Part shown: positions 37,790 to 48,597 of the stretch, one piece after another
Position numbering within the stretch: the stretch's first letter is position 1
Layout: each line of letters begins with the position of its first letter
Assembly (NCBI GenBank): GCA_963784085.1
Contig: CAWAQH010000006.1
Coordinates: 77,620-141,619, forward strand
Reading direction: 5' to 3'
Length of the DNA stretch: 64,000 nucleotides
DNA from: an uncultured Acidobacteriaceae bacterium
Lineage (GTDB): Bacteria > Acidobacteriota > Terriglobia > Terriglobales > Acidobacteriaceae
Position numbers and translations under genes: made by a program
Notes under the pieces: model-generated
The model's database searches: none
What the model saw: the letters and a program-made list of their open reading frames with translations, nothing else
Told to the model about the DNA's origin: nothing

Positions 37790-38767
37790 GTGCCTTCGAC
37801 CTTTCGGCCGCACTCCTGGCTGAAGGGCGGACACGTGCAGACGCTGGCTTCATTTTTTCTCTCGCGGCGAATCGATCTACCCGCCCCGGAAAATCGTCTG
37901 ATAGAAGTGGAGCCCGGCATCCCGGTACTCTGCCGCTGCCACTGGCAGAAGGATCGGCGCGCATTGACGCTGATTGTGGTGCACGGCCTCGAGGGGTCGA
38001 GCGAGTCTCAATACATGTTGGGGATCGCGCGCAACGGCTTGGCCGCCGGCATGAACGTGGTGCGCATGAACCAACGCAACTGTGGCGGCATGGACCACTG
38101 TGCGCCCACGCTGTACAACTCCAGCCGTTCGGCGGATGTGGCGGCGGTTGCGCAAAACCTGGTCGAGCGCGATGGAGTTCCGGGCTTCGTGCTCATTGGG
38201 TTTTCCATGGGCGGCAATCTGGTTCTGAAGCTGGCCGGAGAATGGGGGAGCAATGGGCCGGCGCAATTTCGCGGGGTGGCGGCGGTTTGTCCGGCGGTGA
38301 ATCTGGCGGCGGGAGCCGATGCGCTGCACGAACCCGCCAACCGGATCTACGAATACTATTTTCTGCTGCAGTTGTTTGCGCGCTTTCGCCGCAAGGTGCA
38401 GCTGTTCCCCGCCAGTTACGACGTTTCGCGCTTGCACGGAGTGAAGACCTTGCGTCAATTTGATGATCGCATCACAGCTCACTATTGCGGTTTCCAAGGC
38501 GCCGATGACTACTATGACCGGGCTTCCGCCGCTCATGGGATCGGAAGGGTCGCGCGTCCAACGCTGGTGATCCACGCGCGCAACGATCCTTTCGTGCGTA
38601 TTTTGCCGGAGACGCGGCAGGGGCTGCTCTCAAACCCCCACATTACCTACGCGGAAACGGAAGATGGCGGGCACTGCGCTTTTATCGGAGCGCGCGATGG
38701 CGACTCTAACTATGACGGTCACTGGGCCGAACGAGAAGTCGCGGAGTTTGCCAAGCAGTTCCGATAG
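37790..38767 (+). CDS. Alpha/beta hydrolase (YheT/ABHD1-3-like)
   Basis: 325 aa. GGHVQTL N-terminal motif, nucleophile elbow GFSMGGN, and C-terminal GGHCAF. Confidence 0.8.
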   Translation: MPSTFRPHSWLKGGHVQTLASFFLSRRIDLPAPENRLIEVEPGIPVLCRCHWQKDRRALTLIVVHGLEGSSESQYMLGIARNGLAAGMNVVRMNQRNCGGMDHCAPTLYNSSRSADVAAVAQNLVERDGVPGFVLIGFSMGGNLVLKLAGEWGSNGPAQFRGVAAVCPAVNLAAGADALHEPANRIYEYYFLLQLFARFRRKVQLFPASYDVSRLHGVKTLRQFDDRITAHYCGFQGADDYYDRASAAHGIGRVARPTLVIHARNDPFVRILPETRQGLLSNPHITYAETEDGGHCAFIGARDGDSNYDGHWAEREVAEFAKQFR

Positions 38768-38818
38768 CGAGGGGGCCTTAGCGGGAGTGCCTGCGCCGGA
38801 TGGTCAACTGCGACCTCG

Positions 38819-39949
38819 TCACCTGCGACCCCAGGCCAGGATGCCGGCTCCGCGTCCCTTCCATTGCGTCCGCAGGAATGCAAGGATCAGCATCGCGACC
38901 GTGATTATCAGCAACCCCCACGATGCGCTCCGGATGCTCTGGCTATGCTTGGGCAAAATCGAGAAACGTCCGTAGACGAATTCGAGATGTACCCAATAGA
39001 CGAGCAGGGAAGCCTGGCCCAACTGAATCAGTGGGCTGAAGCCCCACAGTCCGGCGGGCTTTTGTCCGAAACCCCAGCGGCACCAGGCGTAGCTCGCCGC
39101 CAGAATCAGCAGCAACATGCCTAGACGAATCAGAAAGAAGTCTGGGCTGGTGTGCCAATAGTCGTAGACCGAGTAAAGCTGGCGGGGCTGAGCATCGAGC
39201 CAGCGCGAGGCTTGCACGAAGATTAATCCGGCCGCGCCCAGCAGGGCGAAAATCAGGGATTGGCGTTCGCGGGCCCACTGACTTTGCAGAATAAATCCAG
39301 CGGCCAGTCCGGCGAAGGCAAACGCGGTCCAGGGAAAGATTGGAAAGAGCCAGGCTTGCGGCGTACCCAGATTGTGGACACCGTTGATGTAGGATTCGAG
39401 CGGCCAGGGCAGCCAGTCCGGGCGCCAGGTTGTCCACAGCGGAGGCGTGAGTAGAGAGATTGCCAGGGCCGCTGCAGCCGAGGCGAGCACCAGACCGACT
39501 CTGGCTCGCGCTCCGCGATGAATCGACAGTACCAGCCAGCAGAGCACGCCCATGAGCATCATCGAGACGCCGATGGTGTTGAGCACATCGACACGCAGGA
39601 GGTCGCTCAACGGCGCCCATCCCCAGGCGATTACATATTCCTGCAAGCGAAAGAGCAGGCCAAAGGCGAATATCTCTGCCCCGCGGCGAATGGTAGTTCG
39701 CGCGATCTGCGCCGGCGGCAGGTTCTTCATCCAGAGCTTTTCTGTGACTAAAGCGAATGAGATGCCCGCGAGAAACAAGAACAACGGGGCCGGGAAAGTT
39801 CCTCCCAGTTGCGAGTACATGAAGAACTTGCTCTGGCGCGCCGCGGGGCTGAGCCAGGCATCGTAGCAGTGCGTCTGAAACATCAGAACGCAGGCCAAGC
39901 CGCGCATCCAATCGATGTAAGCCAGCCGGGATGGAGCGGCGGAGGTCAA
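38819..39949 (-). CDS. DUF1624 / heparan-alpha-glucosaminide N-acetyltransferase-like membrane acyltransferase
   Basis: 376 aa, polytopic. N-terminal RLAYIDWMRGLACVLMFQTH motif. Confidence 0.7.
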   Translation of the reverse strand: MTSAAPSRLAYIDWMRGLACVLMFQTHCYDAWLSPAARQSKFFMYSQLGGTFPAPLFLFLAGISFALVTEKLWMKNLPPAQIARTTIRRGAEIFAFGLLFRLQEYVIAWGWAPLSDLLRVDVLNTIGVSMMLMGVLCWLVLSIHRGARARVGLVLASAAAALAISLLTPPLWTTWRPDWLPWPLESYINGVHNLGTPQAWLFPIFPWTAFAFAGLAAGFILQSQWARERQSLIFALLGAAGLIFVQASRWLDAQPRQLYSVYDYWHTSPDFFLIRLGMLLLILAASYAWCRWGFGQKPAGLWGFSPLIQLGQASLLVYWVHLEFVYGRFSILPKHSQSIRSASWGLLIITVAMLILAFLRTQWKGRGAGILAWGRR

Positions 39950-39983
39950 TGGGACAACGCATGATACTCTACCGGTTCGAAAA

Positions 39984-40043
39984 ATTGTCCGCCCAAGCGC
40001 ATCTTGTCAGGGACAATCGCGAGGGCTAGTCGCGAGGGACAAT
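39984..40043. promoter_or_regulatory. Three GGACAAT motifs (one inverted, two direct) spaced 26-27 bp apart in a divergent promoter region
   Basis: ATTGTCC 39984-39990. AGGGACAATCG 40009-40019 and 40035-40045. The region lies between the DUF1624 gene and the 1175-aa receptor gene. Confidence 0.35.
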
Positions 40044-40229
40044 CGGCTGGTGGAAGCGGTCGTAAAGGACCCTTCGCTTGCGGGGCAGGTGTATCCTTTC
40101 GGGGATCATGCTTTGGTCAACCAGGGTCTTTGCGAACCAGGCTGAGAGCGCTGGCCGCATCGCTGCCAGTGCAAGTTTTGTGGATACGGAAGTGGACGTG
40201 CCGATGGCAACTCAGAGTGGAGGACCACG

Positions 40230-43200
40230 ATGAAACGGATGTCCCTGCCAGCCTTACTAGCAACGATAATACTTCTGCCAGCCTTCTGCTTTGCCCAGGA
40301 TGCGACAGGCCGGATCACGGGCACGATTTCCGATCAGCAGGGAGCCGTCGTCCCGGGGGTGCAGGTGACCGTGACCAACACTGCCACCCATGCGAGCCGC
40401 AAAACCACCACCGATCATGACGGTTCCTATCAGTTGCTCGCCCTGCCGATTGGCAATTACAAATTAACGGCAGAGCACGAGGGCTTTCGCACCGTCATCA
40501 GCCCCGAAAATAAACTGCTCATCAACCAGGCGCTGCGCATCGACATTCGCATGGAGGTAGGCGCCACCACGCAAACCGTGGATGTGGGCGCGGAAGCCGC
40601 GCCGGTCGAAACTGTGAATCCGACCCTTGGCCAATCCGTGACCGGACGCACGCTCACCAACATGCCGCTCAACGGCCGGGACACGCTTGATCTGGCGCTT
40701 CTGCAGCCTGGCGTAACCGAGAGCAACGACGATAACACCGGGGCTGGGGGTTACAGCATTGCGGGCGGACGTACCGATTCCGTGACCTTTCTGCTGGACG
40801 GCGGACTGAACAACGATCTGCTCGACAACAGCAATCTTCTTGACCCGAACCCGGATTCTATTGCGGAATTCCGTTTACTTACCAGCAACTACACTGCGGA
40901 ATACGGCCGCAACGGCGGAGGCATCATCAGCGTCGTGACGAAATCCGGCACCAACCAGTTGCATGGCAGCGCTTTTGAGTTCCTACGCAACCAGGTTTTC
41001 GACGCCAACGACTATTTCAACATTCCACTAGGCATTCCGCGGCTCGATCTGAAACGGAACCAGTTCGGCGGCACCCTGGGCGGCGCCATTCGCAAGGAGA
41101 AGATATTTTTCTTTCTGGCTTACCAGGGAACCCGGCAAGTTCAGGCGGTACCGGACGTTGATATTCCGGTGTACACGCCGCAGCAACTGCAGGGAAATTT
41201 CTCCCAGTCTGCGAATGGCGGCCCGGATCCCCTTGTGGCCGCGTTCCTCGAGAGCAATCCCTACTTCGCATCGCCGAATGGCAATGCGGCGCTGGCGATT
41301 ATCGACCCCACCAAGATCGACCCGGTGGCTCAGGCATACATCAAAGCCGGCCTGATCCAAACTTCTCCGACTAACCAGACGGCTTGCAACACCACCGGGA
41401 TTTGCAGCGGGGTGTTCTCCACTTCGCTGGAGCAGACGAATAACGCGGACGAATTGACCACGAAATTCGATTTCAACCTGAGCACGAAAGACAAAATTTC
41501 CGCTACCATCGGGGCGAATCGCACGCTGTTCCTGAACCCGTTCCCCTATTCCACGGTGCCGGGATTTCCCAGCCGCACCCCGGCAAACTACTACTTCACG
41601 AACATCGGCTATACCCATGTAGCTTCCCCTACGCTGGTGAATGAGTTTCACTTCGTGACACATCGCAGTAATTATCTTGCCGACGGTGTGGTCGCGCAGT
41701 TGCCCTCCGGACCCGGCCTCGGCATTGGCATTACGCCGGATCTCGCCACCGGGCCCACCAATATTTTCTTCGACACTGGCTTTCAGTTTGGTCCCAGCGA
41801 GCAGGGACCCACGCGTTATGTGGAAAATACTTTTTCATGGACCGATGCGCTCTCCTGGACTCGGGGCAAGCACAACCTGAAGTTCGGGGCCGGATTCTCC
41901 CCGTATCAGGAGAACCTGCTGTTCGACTATTACACTAACGGGGAATTTGACTTCTACTCCACTAGCGGTTCCACCGCTTCCGGAAATCCGTACGCCGACT
42001 TCTTACTGGGCGGCGCGTCCGCCTTCTTTCAGGGGCCGCTCGCGGCTTCCAATATTCGCAGCAAGAGCACCTATGTGTTTGCCCAGGACGAGTGGCACGC
42101 ACGCAAGAATCTGGTGCTAACCGTGGGCCTGCGGTACGAGTACAACACGCCCAAGGCTGACACCGAGGGGCGCAGCTTTTCGGTGATCCCGGGACTACAG
42201 TCGCAGCGATTTGTGAACGCGCCCCCGGGTATGGTATTTCCCGGCGATCCGGGCGCTCCAACCGGAGTAAATTTTCCAGACAAGAAAAACTTTGCACCGC
42301 GCTTCGGCTTCGCCTGGGACCCCAAGGGCGACGGGAAGACCAGCGTGCGTGGCGGCTTCGGGCTTTTCTACGACATTCTTAAGGGGGAAGATAATCTGCA
42401 ATTCAACGGGGAAGTTCCGTTTTATGCCGAGCCGGGCCTGTACTTCAACAACGTTGCTAACGGGCCGCCGGGTTATCTTAGTCAGCCGTATCAATCGGTT
42501 GGAGCCACGAATCCATTTCCTTCCACTTCGCCGACGGCCGATGTGGGCTTCGATCAATTCCTTCCCATCAACTCCAGCGGCGCCGTATACCTGGTCGACC
42601 CGCACCTGCGCACACCCTACGTCTACCAATACAACCTGAGCCTGCAACGCAATCTATTCGCCGACACCGTGCTGGAGGCAAACTACGTGGGCAGTTCCGG
42701 CCATGGATTAACGTCGCTGAGAGACATCAATCCGATGGTGCTGGGGAGCACGAATCGACTGCTCAATAACGCCAATGGCACCTGCGAACACTACCGTGTG
42801 ATCTGTTACGGGCAACTCCCTGAATTCCAGAATGTGTCGAATGCAAATTACAACGCTCTCGAGGCCAGCCTTACCCGGCAGCCCAAGAGTTCCAAGCTGG
42901 GCACGGCTTATTACACTTTTGCCTACACCTACGGTCACAATCTGGACAACGTATCCGGATTTCAGCAGCGCAACTTCCAGGTGCCGACTTATAGCCCGGA
43001 CTTGTTCTACGCTTCCGGGGACAGCGATGTCCGCCAGCGCATCAGCTTCAGCGGAGGCTGGGACCTGCCTCTTGATCGGGTGTGGGCCGGGGCGCCGAAA
43101 CGCCTTACCAAAGGGTGGAGCATCTATCCCATCGTGACCTGGCGTACGGGCTTTCCCTTTGACATTCCTGCGGGGTTGGGCGATACCTCTGATCCCTACA

Positions 43201-43757
43201 ACTACGGAACTTCTGGCGCCGGCGACCCGATTCTTTCCCACGCCGCCCTGGTCGCGCCCATACGCACGCTCAATCCTCGTAACGTGACCACGATCTATCC
43301 GACTGTGTACGGCACGGACCTCCACACCGGCGCTTGCCAAATCACAACCGGCCAACCAATCACGGGTCACTTCATTTTTGACCCCAACAGTTTTTCGAAT
43401 ATTCCGCTGCAGAACAATTCTTATTACGGGGGCGACAATCCGTGCTTCCCGGAGCTCGATCCGGTGAATAATCCGGCGGACCGCACCTACGGCCTGGGCC
43501 GCAACGTGCTGCGGGGGCCGCATCTGACGAATTTTGACGTGGCGCTGGCCAAGACTACCGCGATCACGGAGCGCGTCAGCATGGAACTGCGTGTGGAGTT
43601 TTTCAACGTGCTGAATCATCCGGAGTTCGCGCAGCCTACGGTGGCGGACGGGGCCACCAACATCAATGGTTCGACGTTTGGACAGATCACCAGCACGGGT
43701 AGCTTCCGCGGGCCCGCGCCCCGCATTGGGCAACTGGCAGCCAGATTCACGTTCTAG
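40230..43757 (+). CDS. TonB-dependent receptor-like outer membrane protein with CarboxypepD_reg N-domain
   Basis: 1175 aa. GGAGG RBS. Signal peptide MKRMSLPALLATIILLPAFCFAQ, then ITGTISDQQGAVVPGVQVTVTN...GNYKLTAEHEGF. C-terminal ...LAARFTF. Confidence 0.88.
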   Translation: MKRMSLPALLATIILLPAFCFAQDATGRITGTISDQQGAVVPGVQVTVTNTATHASRKTTTDHDGSYQLLALPIGNYKLTAEHEGFRTVISPENKLLINQALRIDIRMEVGATTQTVDVGAEAAPVETVNPTLGQSVTGRTLTNMPLNGRDTLDLALLQPGVTESNDDNTGAGGYSIAGGRTDSVTFLLDGGLNNDLLDNSNLLDPNPDSIAEFRLLTSNYTAEYGRNGGGIISVVTKSGTNQLHGSAFEFLRNQVFDANDYFNIPLGIPRLDLKRNQFGGTLGGAIRKEKIFFFLAYQGTRQVQAVPDVDIPVYTPQQLQGNFSQSANGGPDPLVAAFLESNPYFASPNGNAALAIIDPTKIDPVAQAYIKAGLIQTSPTNQTACNTTGICSGVFSTSLEQTNNADELTTKFDFNLSTKDKISATIGANRTLFLNPFPYSTVPGFPSRTPANYYFTNIGYTHVASPTLVNEFHFVTHRSNYLADGVVAQLPSGPGLGIGITPDLATGPTNIFFDTGFQFGPSEQGPTRYVENTFSWTDALSWTRGKHNLKFGAGFSPYQENLLFDYYTNGEFDFYSTSGSTASGNPYADFLLGGASAFFQGPLAASNIRSKSTYVFAQDEWHARKNLVLTVGLRYEYNTPKADTEGRSFSVIPGLQSQRFVNAPPGMVFPGDPGAPTGVNFPDKKNFAPRFGFAWDPKGDGKTSVRGGFGLFYDILKGEDNLQFNGEVPFYAEPGLYFNNVANGPPGYLSQPYQSVGATNPFPSTSPTADVGFDQFLPINSSGAVYLVDPHLRTPYVYQYNLSLQRNLFADTVLEANYVGSSGHGLTSLRDINPMVLGSTNRLLNNANGTCEHYRVICYGQLPEFQNVSNANYNALEASLTRQPKSSKLGTAYYTFAYTYGHNLDNVSGFQQRNFQVPTYSPDLFYASGDSDVRQRISFSGGWDLPLDRVWAGAPKRLTKGWSIYPIVTWRTGFPFDIPAGLGDTSDPYNYGTSGAGDPILSHAALVAPIRTLNPRNVTTIYPTVYGTDLHTGACQITTGQPITGHFIFDPNSFSNIPLQNNSYYGGDNPCFPELDPVNNPADRTYGLGRNVLRGPHLTNFDVALAKTTAITERVSMELRVEFFNVLNHPEFAQPTVADGATNINGSTFGQITSTGSFRGPAPRIGQLAARFTF

Positions 43758-43788
43758 GAGCCGAGAGACGCGTTAAAATCTGAAGCGA

Positions 43789-43865
43789 GGGCGCGTAGCT
43801 CAACTGGATAGAGCACCGGATTTCTAATCCGGCGGTTGCAGGTTCGATTCCTGCCGCGCCTACCA
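43789..43865 (+). tRNA. tRNA-Arg (anticodon TCT), CCA encoded
   Basis: GGGCGCGTAGCTCAACTGGATAGAGCACCGGATTTCTAATCCGGCGGTTGCAGGTTCGATTCCTGCCGCGCCTACCA. Anticodon loop TTTCTAA. G1-U72 wobble. Confidence 0.9.
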
Positions 43866-43884
43866 TGCTATTGCGTTGACCTCA

Positions 43885-46035
43885 CTAGCTAATTTTTATG
43901 TCTCCTTTTTTGGGTCGACATAAGACCACGATCGATCTTGGAGCCAGCAGGTAAGTCGTCCGCTCTAAGGGGATTCCGTCGTCCGCGAAATCATCTGGAC
44001 TGGGCAAAGAAGTGTCCACGATTCTTTTCCACTCCTGTGCGGTTCCCTCTTGCACATTGAAATCCAACTCTTCCCAGTACGCATTGATCATCGCGTAGAT
44101 GTCATCGTCACCTTGAGAAGCGCCGTGTAGGCAGAATGCCAGGCTGTGCGAGTCATAGGACAAATCGGCCGTGGGTCCGACGCCGTACCAGGAAACATCC
44201 TCCCGCCAGAACCGGCTCCGGCTTAACGAGGGATGCATTTTCCGGAACGCAATCATCTTCTTGAAGAACTGCAAAATGTCCTTATTGGATCGGAGTTGAT
44301 TCCAGTCGAGCCATCCGGTTTCGTTGTCCTGGTTGTAGGGATTGTTGTTGCCGAATTGTGTATTGAGGAACTCGTCGCCGGCCCGAAACATCGGCGTACC
44401 GTTGGATAAGAAGAGCAGACAGCAGAAATTCTTTACCTGCTTTCGGCGCAACGCGCGGACTGACGGGGAGAGAGCTTCATCCCCCTCTTGTCCGCAATTC
44501 CAGCTGTAGTTCGCGTCGGTGCCGTCCTGATTGTTATTTCCGTTTGGCAAATTGTGCTTGCGGTCATAAGAGACAAGATCGTAGAGCGTGAAGCCGTCGT
44601 GGGACGTAACATAATTCACGCTCTGATATGCGTGATAAGCGTCTGCAAGGGTGTCGGGAAACAAGTCAGCGCTGCCATAGATACGCTGCATTACCTCGGG
44701 AACCATGCCGGCGTCGCCCTTGACGAAGCGGCGAATATCGTCGCGAAACCGCCCGTTCCACTGGAGCCAGGTCAGGCCCGGGAATCCACGGCCGAGTTGA
44801 TAAGCGGCTGTGTCCCAAGGTTCAGCAATTAGACGTACGGGCCCCAATTCCGGGTCCGCCGCAATTTCACTGAAGATGGGCGCTTCGCGCCAGTTGAGCG
44901 ATCCATCTGCATTGCGGCTGAATACCGACGCCAGATCGAAGCGGAATCCATCGATATGCATCCCACGCTTCCAATAACGCAGACTGTCAATCACCATCTT
45001 GCGCACGTGGGCCTGGCCGAAATTCAAGGTATTGCCCGTGCCGGAGTAATTAGCGTACGGGTTTGCCGGATCGGAGGAGAGCATGTAATAACCGGCGCTG
45101 TCCAAACCCTTGAAGCTGTAGATGGGACCGTTGGAGTCGCCTTCGCAAGTGTGGTTGTATACAACGTCCAGCACGACGCTGATATCCGCTTGATGAAACG
45201 CCTTCACCATAGTCTTGAATTCAAGAAGCTGTTCTTCAGCACGAGGTGTGCTTGCGTACTGACCATGAGGCGCGAAAAAATTCAAAGGCATATAGCCCCA
45301 GTAATCGCCTTCTTGTGGATCACGCTGAAAAACCGGCATCAGTTCCACGACCGTCACCCCAAGTTCCTTTAGATAGGGGATCTTTTCCACGAGACCGGCG
45401 AATGTGCCGGCACGCGATGGGTCGACACCTGAGTTTGGGTTCTTGGTGAAACCTCTGACGTGAAGTTCGTAGATGACTGCATCCGACTCATGAGATGGAG
45501 ACCGAACCCCCGACCAGTCAAATGTCGGTCGATGATCCATCAGCACCCCCAAGGGCGCGCGGCCCGCATTGGATCCTTCTCGCATGGCCAGGTTGCGATC
45601 AAAACCGGGCGGGAAGAAAATGCACTTCGCGTAAGGATCGAGGAGAACCTTCTGCGGGTCGAAACTGTGGAGTTGAGGAATGGTCTCTCCCGAGACGGAG
45701 TATGCGTAGTAGCGAGCGTCAGGAATTTTTGAGACTGGGACGCGGCAGTGCCAAATCTGCCCCGACTTGTTGTGCAGGAAATCCAGTTGAAGCCTCAGGA
45801 GAGGATTCACTAAGTCGGCTGGAGAATAGAGCAATAGAGCGACGCTATCCGCGTGTTCCGAGTGGACGGAAAAATTGAACGCCTGCTCCTTTTCGATCCA
45901 GTTGACGCCGAGCGGCAATGGGTTGCCCTCAGCCTGCTCCCATGTCGGTCTCTTGGTGGGTCGGGCGGCAGCGCTGTTGACAGGCTTGGACGGACCGTCC
46001 GTGTTGGCGAGTACGTTAACGTTCGAACTCTTCAC
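43885..46035 (-). CDS. glgX: Glycogen debranching enzyme (GH13 isoamylase type)
   Basis: GH13 motifs DVVYNHT, GFRFDLA, EPWD, YVTSHDGFTL. Track ORF 43885..46443 is too long and overlaps the marC-like gene. The GTG at 46035, preceded by GGAGAGGGG, is my preferred start. Confidence 0.85.
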   Translation of the reverse strand: MKSSNVNVLANTDGPSKPVNSAAARPTKRPTWEQAEGNPLPLGVNWIEKEQAFNFSVHSEHADSVALLLYSPADLVNPLLRLQLDFLHNKSGQIWHCRVPVSKIPDARYYAYSVSGETIPQLHSFDPQKVLLDPYAKCIFFPPGFDRNLAMREGSNAGRAPLGVLMDHRPTFDWSGVRSPSHESDAVIYELHVRGFTKNPNSGVDPSRAGTFAGLVEKIPYLKELGVTVVELMPVFQRDPQEGDYWGYMPLNFFAPHGQYASTPRAEEQLLEFKTMVKAFHQADISVVLDVVYNHTCEGDSNGPIYSFKGLDSAGYYMLSSDPANPYANYSGTGNTLNFGQAHVRKMVIDSLRYWKRGMHIDGFRFDLASVFSRNADGSLNWREAPIFSEIAADPELGPVRLIAEPWDTAAYQLGRGFPGLTWLQWNGRFRDDIRRFVKGDAGMVPEVMQRIYGSADLFPDTLADAYHAYQSVNYVTSHDGFTLYDLVSYDRKHNLPNGNNNQDGTDANYSWNCGQEGDEALSPSVRALRRKQVKNFCCLLFLSNGTPMFRAGDEFLNTQFGNNNPYNQDNETGWLDWNQLRSNKDILQFFKKMIAFRKMHPSLSRSRFWREDVSWYGVGPTADLSYDSHSLAFCLHGASQGDDDIYAMINAYWEELDFNVQEGTAQEWKRIVDTSLPSPDDFADDGIPLERTTYLLAPRSIVVLCRPKKGDIKIS

Positions 46036-46085
46036 TGCCCCTCTCCATGCACTCCAATCACTCGCTTCGCGCTCAATGTTGAATC

Positions 46086-46814
46086 TCAATGTGGCAGCGC
46101 TACCACTCCGCCAAACTGCGGCAACGAACTGAGCAATTTGCTCGCGCCGTTCCAAAATATTTGCACTCCGATGCATACCAGCAGGAACGCGGTGAGTTTC
46201 AAAATTACGTTCGTCCCCGTTGCGCCTAGCTTGCTCGCGAGCCGATCGGCGTAGCCATAGCAGAGATAAATGGTTACTGCAATGAAAGCGGAACCAATCG
46301 CCGCCGCGAGAATTGCGAGCAGGTTTGAGCCCAGGTGCTGCGGCGCATTCGCGCCCAAAGTGATCGCAATCGAAATGGAGCCGGGACCGACTGTCAAGGG
46401 AAGCGTCAGCGGGTAGAACGCCTGGCTCAGAGCATCCGCGCAAGTAACCGTTCGCCTGGCTGAGCCTTGATCGCTCGCCTCTTTCTGATTCAGCATCGCC
46501 CAGCCCGCTGAAATCACAATCAGCCCACCGCCGACCTGCACCACCGGGAGCGAAATCCCAAAGAAGGAGAGCACGTGCGCCCCGAGGGCAAAGGACGCGA
46601 TCAGCAGTATGAAACTATCTACCGCAATTCGGCGAGCCAGCACTCGTCGCGTTTCGGCCGCGTAGTCTCGCGTCAGCAGCAGAAAGACCGGAGCGCCTCC
46701 GATCGGATCCACGATCGGAAAGAGCGCGCTCACCACCAGGAGAATACTCTTGGCAACTTGAATCACCACGCTAACCTTCCGTTTGTTTCCAGATTTGAGC
46801 GGTCGCTCATCCAC
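46086..46814 (-). CDS. MarC/UPF0056 family integral membrane protein
   Basis: 242 aa. FPIVDPIGGAPVFL motif and six hydrophobic segments. Start uncertain (GTG at 46814). Confidence 0.75.
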   Translation of the reverse strand: MDERPLKSGNKRKVSVVIQVAKSILLVVSALFPIVDPIGGAPVFLLLTRDYAAETRRVLARRIAVDSFILLIASFALGAHVLSFFGISLPVVQVGGGLIVISAGWAMLNQKEASDQGSARRTVTCADALSQAFYPLTLPLTVGPGSISIAITLGANAPQHLGSNLLAILAAAIGSAFIAVTIYLCYGYADRLASKLGATGTNVILKLTAFLLVCIGVQIFWNGASKLLSSLPQFGGVVALPH

Positions 46815-46911
46815 GGTCCGCTTGCTCGCTGACGGATGTTGCAGGGCCTGCGCACTTTGAACTCTCCGTCAAATCCCGCTCAGGAACTGACTGCGCTCAG
46901 GAACTGACTTC

Positions 46912-48597
46912 TTACGATCCCAGCGCATTATTCACCATCTGCTCCGCCTGGGTAAGGATCGCGTTCAGATGGGTCTGGCTCTTGAAACTCTCGGCGTAGA
47001 TCTTGTAAATATTCTCGGTACCGGAAGGCCGCGCTGCAAACCAACCGCTCTCCGCGACAACTTTCAAGCCGCCGATCGGGGCATTATTGCCCGGGGCTTT
47101 GGTCAGCTTGGCGGTGATTGGCTCACCCGCCAGGTCTGACTCTTTTACGGCGTCCGGCGTGAGTTTCGCTAACTTTGCTTTCTGCTCGGGCGTGGCGGGC
47201 GCGTCGATACGCGTGTAGTACGGAGTGCCGAACTCCGCCGTCAGTTCGCGGTAATGTTCTCCGGGATTCTTGCCGGTGCGCGCGGTAATCTCCGCTGCCA
47301 GCAAGTCCATGATTGGCCCGTCCTTGTCGGTCGTCCATACTGTGCCGTCAAGACGAAGAAAACTCGCTCCAGCGCTTTCTTCTCCGCCAAAACAGTAGGA
47401 GCCATCGACCAGGCCCGGCACAAACCACTTGAATCCCACCGGTACTTCGTTGAGCTTGCGGCCAAGCTTTTTGACGACCCGGTCAATCATGCTGCTGCTC
47501 ACCAGAGTTTTTCCCACCGCAACTGTGTCACGCCACTGGGGCCGGTGCGTGAGCAAGTACTGAATCGCAACGGCAAGGTAATGATTCGGGTTCATCAAGC
47601 CCGCGACAGGAGTGACGATCCCGTGCCGATCGGCGTCGGTGTCGTTTCCGAAAGCCACCTGGTACTGATCTTTTAAAGCGACGAGCCTGGCCATCGCATA
47701 GGGACTGGAGCAGTCCATGCGAATCTTGCCGTCGTGGTCAACGGTCATAAACGAAAATGTCGGGTCGATGATTTTGTTGGTGACAACGATGTCCAGCCCG
47801 TAAATCGAGTTGATCGGTTCCCAATAAGGCAATGAAGCCCCGCCCAGAGGGTCCACGCCAAGTTTGAGGTGGGCGCCACGAATCGCTTCCATGTCGACGA
47901 CATTCTTAAGGTCACGAACGTATGGCAGGACGAAATCCTGCTGGTGAGTGGTCGCGGACTGGATCGCCTTGGCAAACGGAATTCGCTTGACCGCAGCATT
48001 CCCGGCTCGCAACAATTCGTTCGCGCGATTCTGCACCCAGCCGGTCACGTCGGTATCAGCCGGGCCGCCGTTGGGCGGGTTGTACTTGAAGCCTCCATCC
48101 CCGGGGGGATTGTGCGACGGGGTAACGACGATGCCGTCGGCGAGATGGTCTTTCTGCTTGCGGCCGCGGTTGTAAACCAGAATCGCTCGCGAGATCACCG
48201 GCGTCGGAGTGATCCCGTCGTCTTGCTGAATGATCGTCTCTACACTATTTGCCGCCAGCACTTCGAGGGCGGTGCGCTGCGCGGGCTCGGAGACCGCGTG
48301 GGTGTCCTTCCCCATGTAGAGCGGGCCGTCGGTTCCGTGGGCGCGCCGGTACTCGCAGATGGCCTGGGTGATCGCCAGAATGTGCGCTTCGTTAAATGTG
48401 CCGCGCAAAGGCGAGCCCCGGTGTCCGCTGGTGCCGAAGCTGACTAGCTGGTTGGGATCGTCCAGGTCGGGACGCCGCTCGAAATATTCCTTTTGCAGGC
48501 GAGCCACATCCACCAGCAAGTCTTTCGGCGCTGGTTTGCCGGCCAGCGGAGAAATCCTTTCACCTGGCTGGGACTGTGTTTCTAAGGTACTGGGCAT
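46912..48597 (-). CDS. pgm: Phosphoglucomutase (alpha-D-glucose phosphate-specific)
   Basis: From ATG 48597: MPSTLETQ...FGTSGHRG (active-site Ser loop), [17 protein letters not shown]. It overlaps the glgP 3' end by 16 nt. Confidence 0.9.
   Translation of the reverse strand: MPSTLETQSQPGERISPLAGKPAPKDLLVDVARLQKEYFERRPDLDDPNQLVSFGTSGHRGSPLRGTFNEAHILAITQAICEYRRAHGTDGPLYMGKDTHAVSEPAQRTALEVLAANSVETIIQQDDGITPTPVISRAILVYNRGRKQKDHLADGIVVTPSHNPPGDGGFKYNPPNGGPADTDVTGWVQNRANELLRAGNAAVKRIPFAKAIQSATTHQQDFVLPYVRDLKNVVDMEAIRGAHLKLGVDPLGGASLPYWEPINSIYGLDIVVTNKIIDPTFSFMTVDHDGKIRMDCSSPYAMARLVALKDQYQVAFGNDTDADRHGIVTPVAGLMNPNHYLAVAIQYLLTHRPQWRDTVAVGKTLVSSSMIDRVVKKLGRKLNEVPVGFKWFVPGLVDGSYCFGGEESAGASFLRLDGTVWTTDKDGPIMDLLAAEITARTGKNPGEHYRELTAEFGTPYYTRIDAPATPEQKAKLAKLTPDAVKESDLAGEPITAKLTKAPGNNAPIGGLKVVAESGWFAARPSGTENIYKIYAESFKSQTHLNAILTQAEQMVNNALGS

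Noticed and set aside
46036-46443. N-terminal 136-aa extension of the glgX ORF (track ORF 43885..46443)
   Set aside because: It overlaps the 3' half of the marC-like gene on the same strand and has no GH13/CBM48 similarity. A GTG with a strong RBS at 46035 fits the expected N-terminus.
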